This document shows, one piece after another, positions 61,390-64,000 of a DNA stretch of 64,000 nucleotides. Each line of letters begins with the position of its first letter. Position 1 is the first letter of the stretch. This DNA comes from Eledone cirrhosa (lineage: Eukaryota). The stretch covers positions 16,120,001 to 16,184,000 of the forward strand of contig OZ024750.1 in assembly GCA_964016885.1 (NCBI GenBank), written 5' to 3'. Both the position numbers and the translations under genes were made by a program. Below the pieces are notes generated by a model. That model saw nothing but the letters and a program-made list of their open reading frames with translations, searched no databases and was not told the origin of the DNA.

Positions 61390-62020
61390 CACAAAGTGCC
61401 CAATGGACTAACCTTGCTATGTTGTCATGAAGTCTATCACATTCCTTCTGAGCTAGCTGGTAATATGCCATACAGTTTCTCCACAAATTCTACACTTGTC
61501 TTTTTCTGCTGTGGGATCTACTTGGTGTAATTAGTTCTTAGTGCTTGTTCTTGAGCAGAGTAGATTAAGGCTTCTGTTTCCGGCTTTAGATCACTTTTAG
61601 TCATCCATAACCACCTTTTTTTCTCTGACTATCCTATCTTCAACATCTCGATGGAATTGTCCATACATTCTTTTTTCTGTCCATCTACTTTCAGTTTCAT
61701 CCATCTTCAAATGTTTGTACTGTGTTTTTTCTTTACAATCTTCTGTTTTGCACAACCCCGACCTTCGTACTTCCCGCAACAACTGTTCTGTTGTCATTTA
61801 TTTATCTACTACGCCATGTTATTTTCTCCTGTTCTAATGCTGTCTTCACACCCCCATCGGTCCTCTTCCTCCTCTTTTTCTTGGCACATATAATCTATCT
61901 TTGTCGCTATTTGGGTGAAATACCCCATATCTAGTCAATATCTTTCTTGTTTTCCGTCTAAACATTCTAGTTCTTCCACTGTCCACATGATCACTCCCGC
62001 CTCATATTTAAGGATAAGGG
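61390..62020 (-). mobile_element. Decayed R4/Dong-like non-LTR retrotransposon fragment
   Basis: MYGQFHR, DLKPETEALIYSAQEQALRTNY, CRICGETVWHI and VHWALC motifs. Confidence 0.7.
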
Positions 62021-62701
62021 GCTAGCGCCGTCTGGCGGATTCCAGCAGAAGTAGCGGAGGACAACTTCCAAAGCATTTCTGGCGATGGCCGTAACCAGGA
62101 CAGTGCTTCCCCCTGCACTCTGCAGGAATTTGAAATAGGTGAAAAATATATAGATTTTCGCCTATGTAAGTGGGCTGATTAACCTCATTTGCACATACAT
62201 ACATACATACATACATACATACATACATACATGATGGCTGCCCCCTCGTTATCGAGTATGGCCATTGCACAATATACCATTATTAATAATTATTAATTAA
62301 TTCTATCGTGCAATGCTGTGCGTGAAGATATTTTTTAAAGTGTGAAAAGACTGTGCACTGAGCCAATCCCACTCTCTGAGCGACAGTAGCTATAACCCGA
62401 AAAGAAGAAAAGATCAACATCATCGGTAACTACTGAGCCGCAGGTTTTATGTCGGAGTTATCCCAGTTTCCTGAGTTGCCTTCTCCTAGAAGAATGCCCT
62501 GGCAAAGGCTAGGGGTCCTTCACTCCCAGTGGTTTAACCGCGCGGTACATGTGTATATACATATTTACACACTTTCGGATGGCCGTTGACTCTTATGAGT
62601 TCTTCCGCCCTTTGTCAGGTTTTGTTATTTGTCCTGCAGGGTGTCCAAAAGCACCCTCCTGACTGTGATGAGAAAGCTACTCCACTTACCGCGCCCATAC
62701 A

Positions 62702-62735
<34 letters not shown>

Positions 62736-62741
62736 CATACA

Positions 62742-62775
<34 letters not shown>

Positions 62776-62800
62776 CATACATACATACATACATACATAC

Positions 62801-63407
62801 ATGGTGGCTGCCAACTCGTTTTCGAGTACGGCCACTACTTTATATCCATGTAGGAGAACCCCTACCGATGCGCTGAACGAATGTGACTTTAGTCCAGCCA
62901 GCGACTTGAAAACTCTGGTACAAAGACTACACTTGTGACCATTATTGACACATAGTGCAGGGCCCATGGTACCATGTGATGACAAGTGCAGAGAGATCTC
63001 CAGATATAAAGCAATGCCTGTGCTGTGAAGCTTTTATAGTGAGCAAAGGCACTGCACAAAGCCAGTCCCACTCTCTTAACCAAGATGATATTTACCAAAA
63101 AGAAGAACAGGTCAACATCATTGGATACCATCAGGATTGCAGGTGTTATATCAGAGTTTTCCTTCTCCTAGAATTCTGCCTTGACAAAGGCTAAGGGGTC
63201 ATCTCTCCCGGTGATTTTGGATGGCTATTGACTCTTAAGAGCTCCCTTGCCCTTTGACAGGTTTTGTTTTTAGTCCTGCAGGATGTCCAAAGTCACCCTC
63301 CTCACCAAGAAACCTTGGTGGGGTTGCCAGTTTAGTCGCCAACGACCCGACCATGAGACAGGTTGTACTGGGATACATGTTACCAGTAGCACCAACTGGT
63401 GACCTGA
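62801..63407 (-). mobile_element. Non-autonomous RTE-derived element, second copy (diverged relative at ~62232-62695)
   Basis: Homologous to 15700-16331, with (CATA)n on both sides. Confidence 0.7.
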
Positions 63408-63454
63408 CATAACATACATACATACATACATACATACATACATACATACATACA

Positions 63455-63489
<35 letters not shown>

Positions 63490-63582
63490 GTTAAGTATTT
63501 CAGTGGAAAAATAAAGGAAAGAAGAGTGCTCTATGTGTGGTACAGAGCTATTTAATTCTGTAATAAACAACACAATATAATT

Positions 63583-63647
63583 ATTTCATTACCCAAGATT
63601 TCACGGATTCTAACAGAGGCGTCTGAATCCGTTCATCAGATAGAAAT
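63583..63647 (-). ncRNA. Type I hammerhead ribozyme motif (same family as 20180)
   Basis: AUUUCUAU-CUGAUGA-ACGGAUUC..GAAUCCGU-GAAA-UC UUG GG-UA-AUGAAAU. The downstream ~70 nt is homologous to 20250-20310. Confidence 0.8.
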
Positions 63648-63665
63648 CTTTAAGATGCTTATTAC

Positions 63666-63751
<86 letters not shown>

Positions 63752-64000
63752 TAAAAGGAAAAGAAAATGCTGACAAATTGTTCCCAGTGAAAAATAGTTT
63801 AATTAGGAATAAGTAAAAATTAGTAATAGTATTAGTTAGTATTCAGTTTTGGTTTTAAGTTTTACCGGTTGCGCATTTCTAATGCTTTTCAAAAATAATT
63901 TTGAGATAGAGCGCCCGTGATATTTGCTCTAATCTGATTAGTTTTGGAAATTCTACCTGTTTTATGTAAAAAAAAGTGGCCCCAGATGTATGAAAAAATT

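Overview
This is an AT-rich animal genomic window dominated by (TA)n-derived microsatellites, SINEs and decayed retroelements. The repeat landscape suggests an octopus/coleoid cephalopod, which is inference only. The one convincing host gene feature is the first coding exon of a PDE3-family cyclic-nucleotide phosphodiesterase (minus strand, 59525-58680). It ends at a phase-0 GT donor, so most of 1-58679 is probably its large first intron. The main discovery is about 17 type I hammerhead-ribozyme (HHR) motifs (stem I-CUGANGA-stem II-GAAA-stem III-UH-stem I'). They belong to several sequence families of short non-coding elements, most of which sit inside (TA)n tracts. Many are fold-back palindromes carrying an HHR on each strand, and several have AATAAA just downstream. 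This resembles non-autonomous Penelope-like/retrozyme elements. All folds were paired by eye and none was computed. Nearly all long ORFs in the supplied track are microsatellite artefacts.
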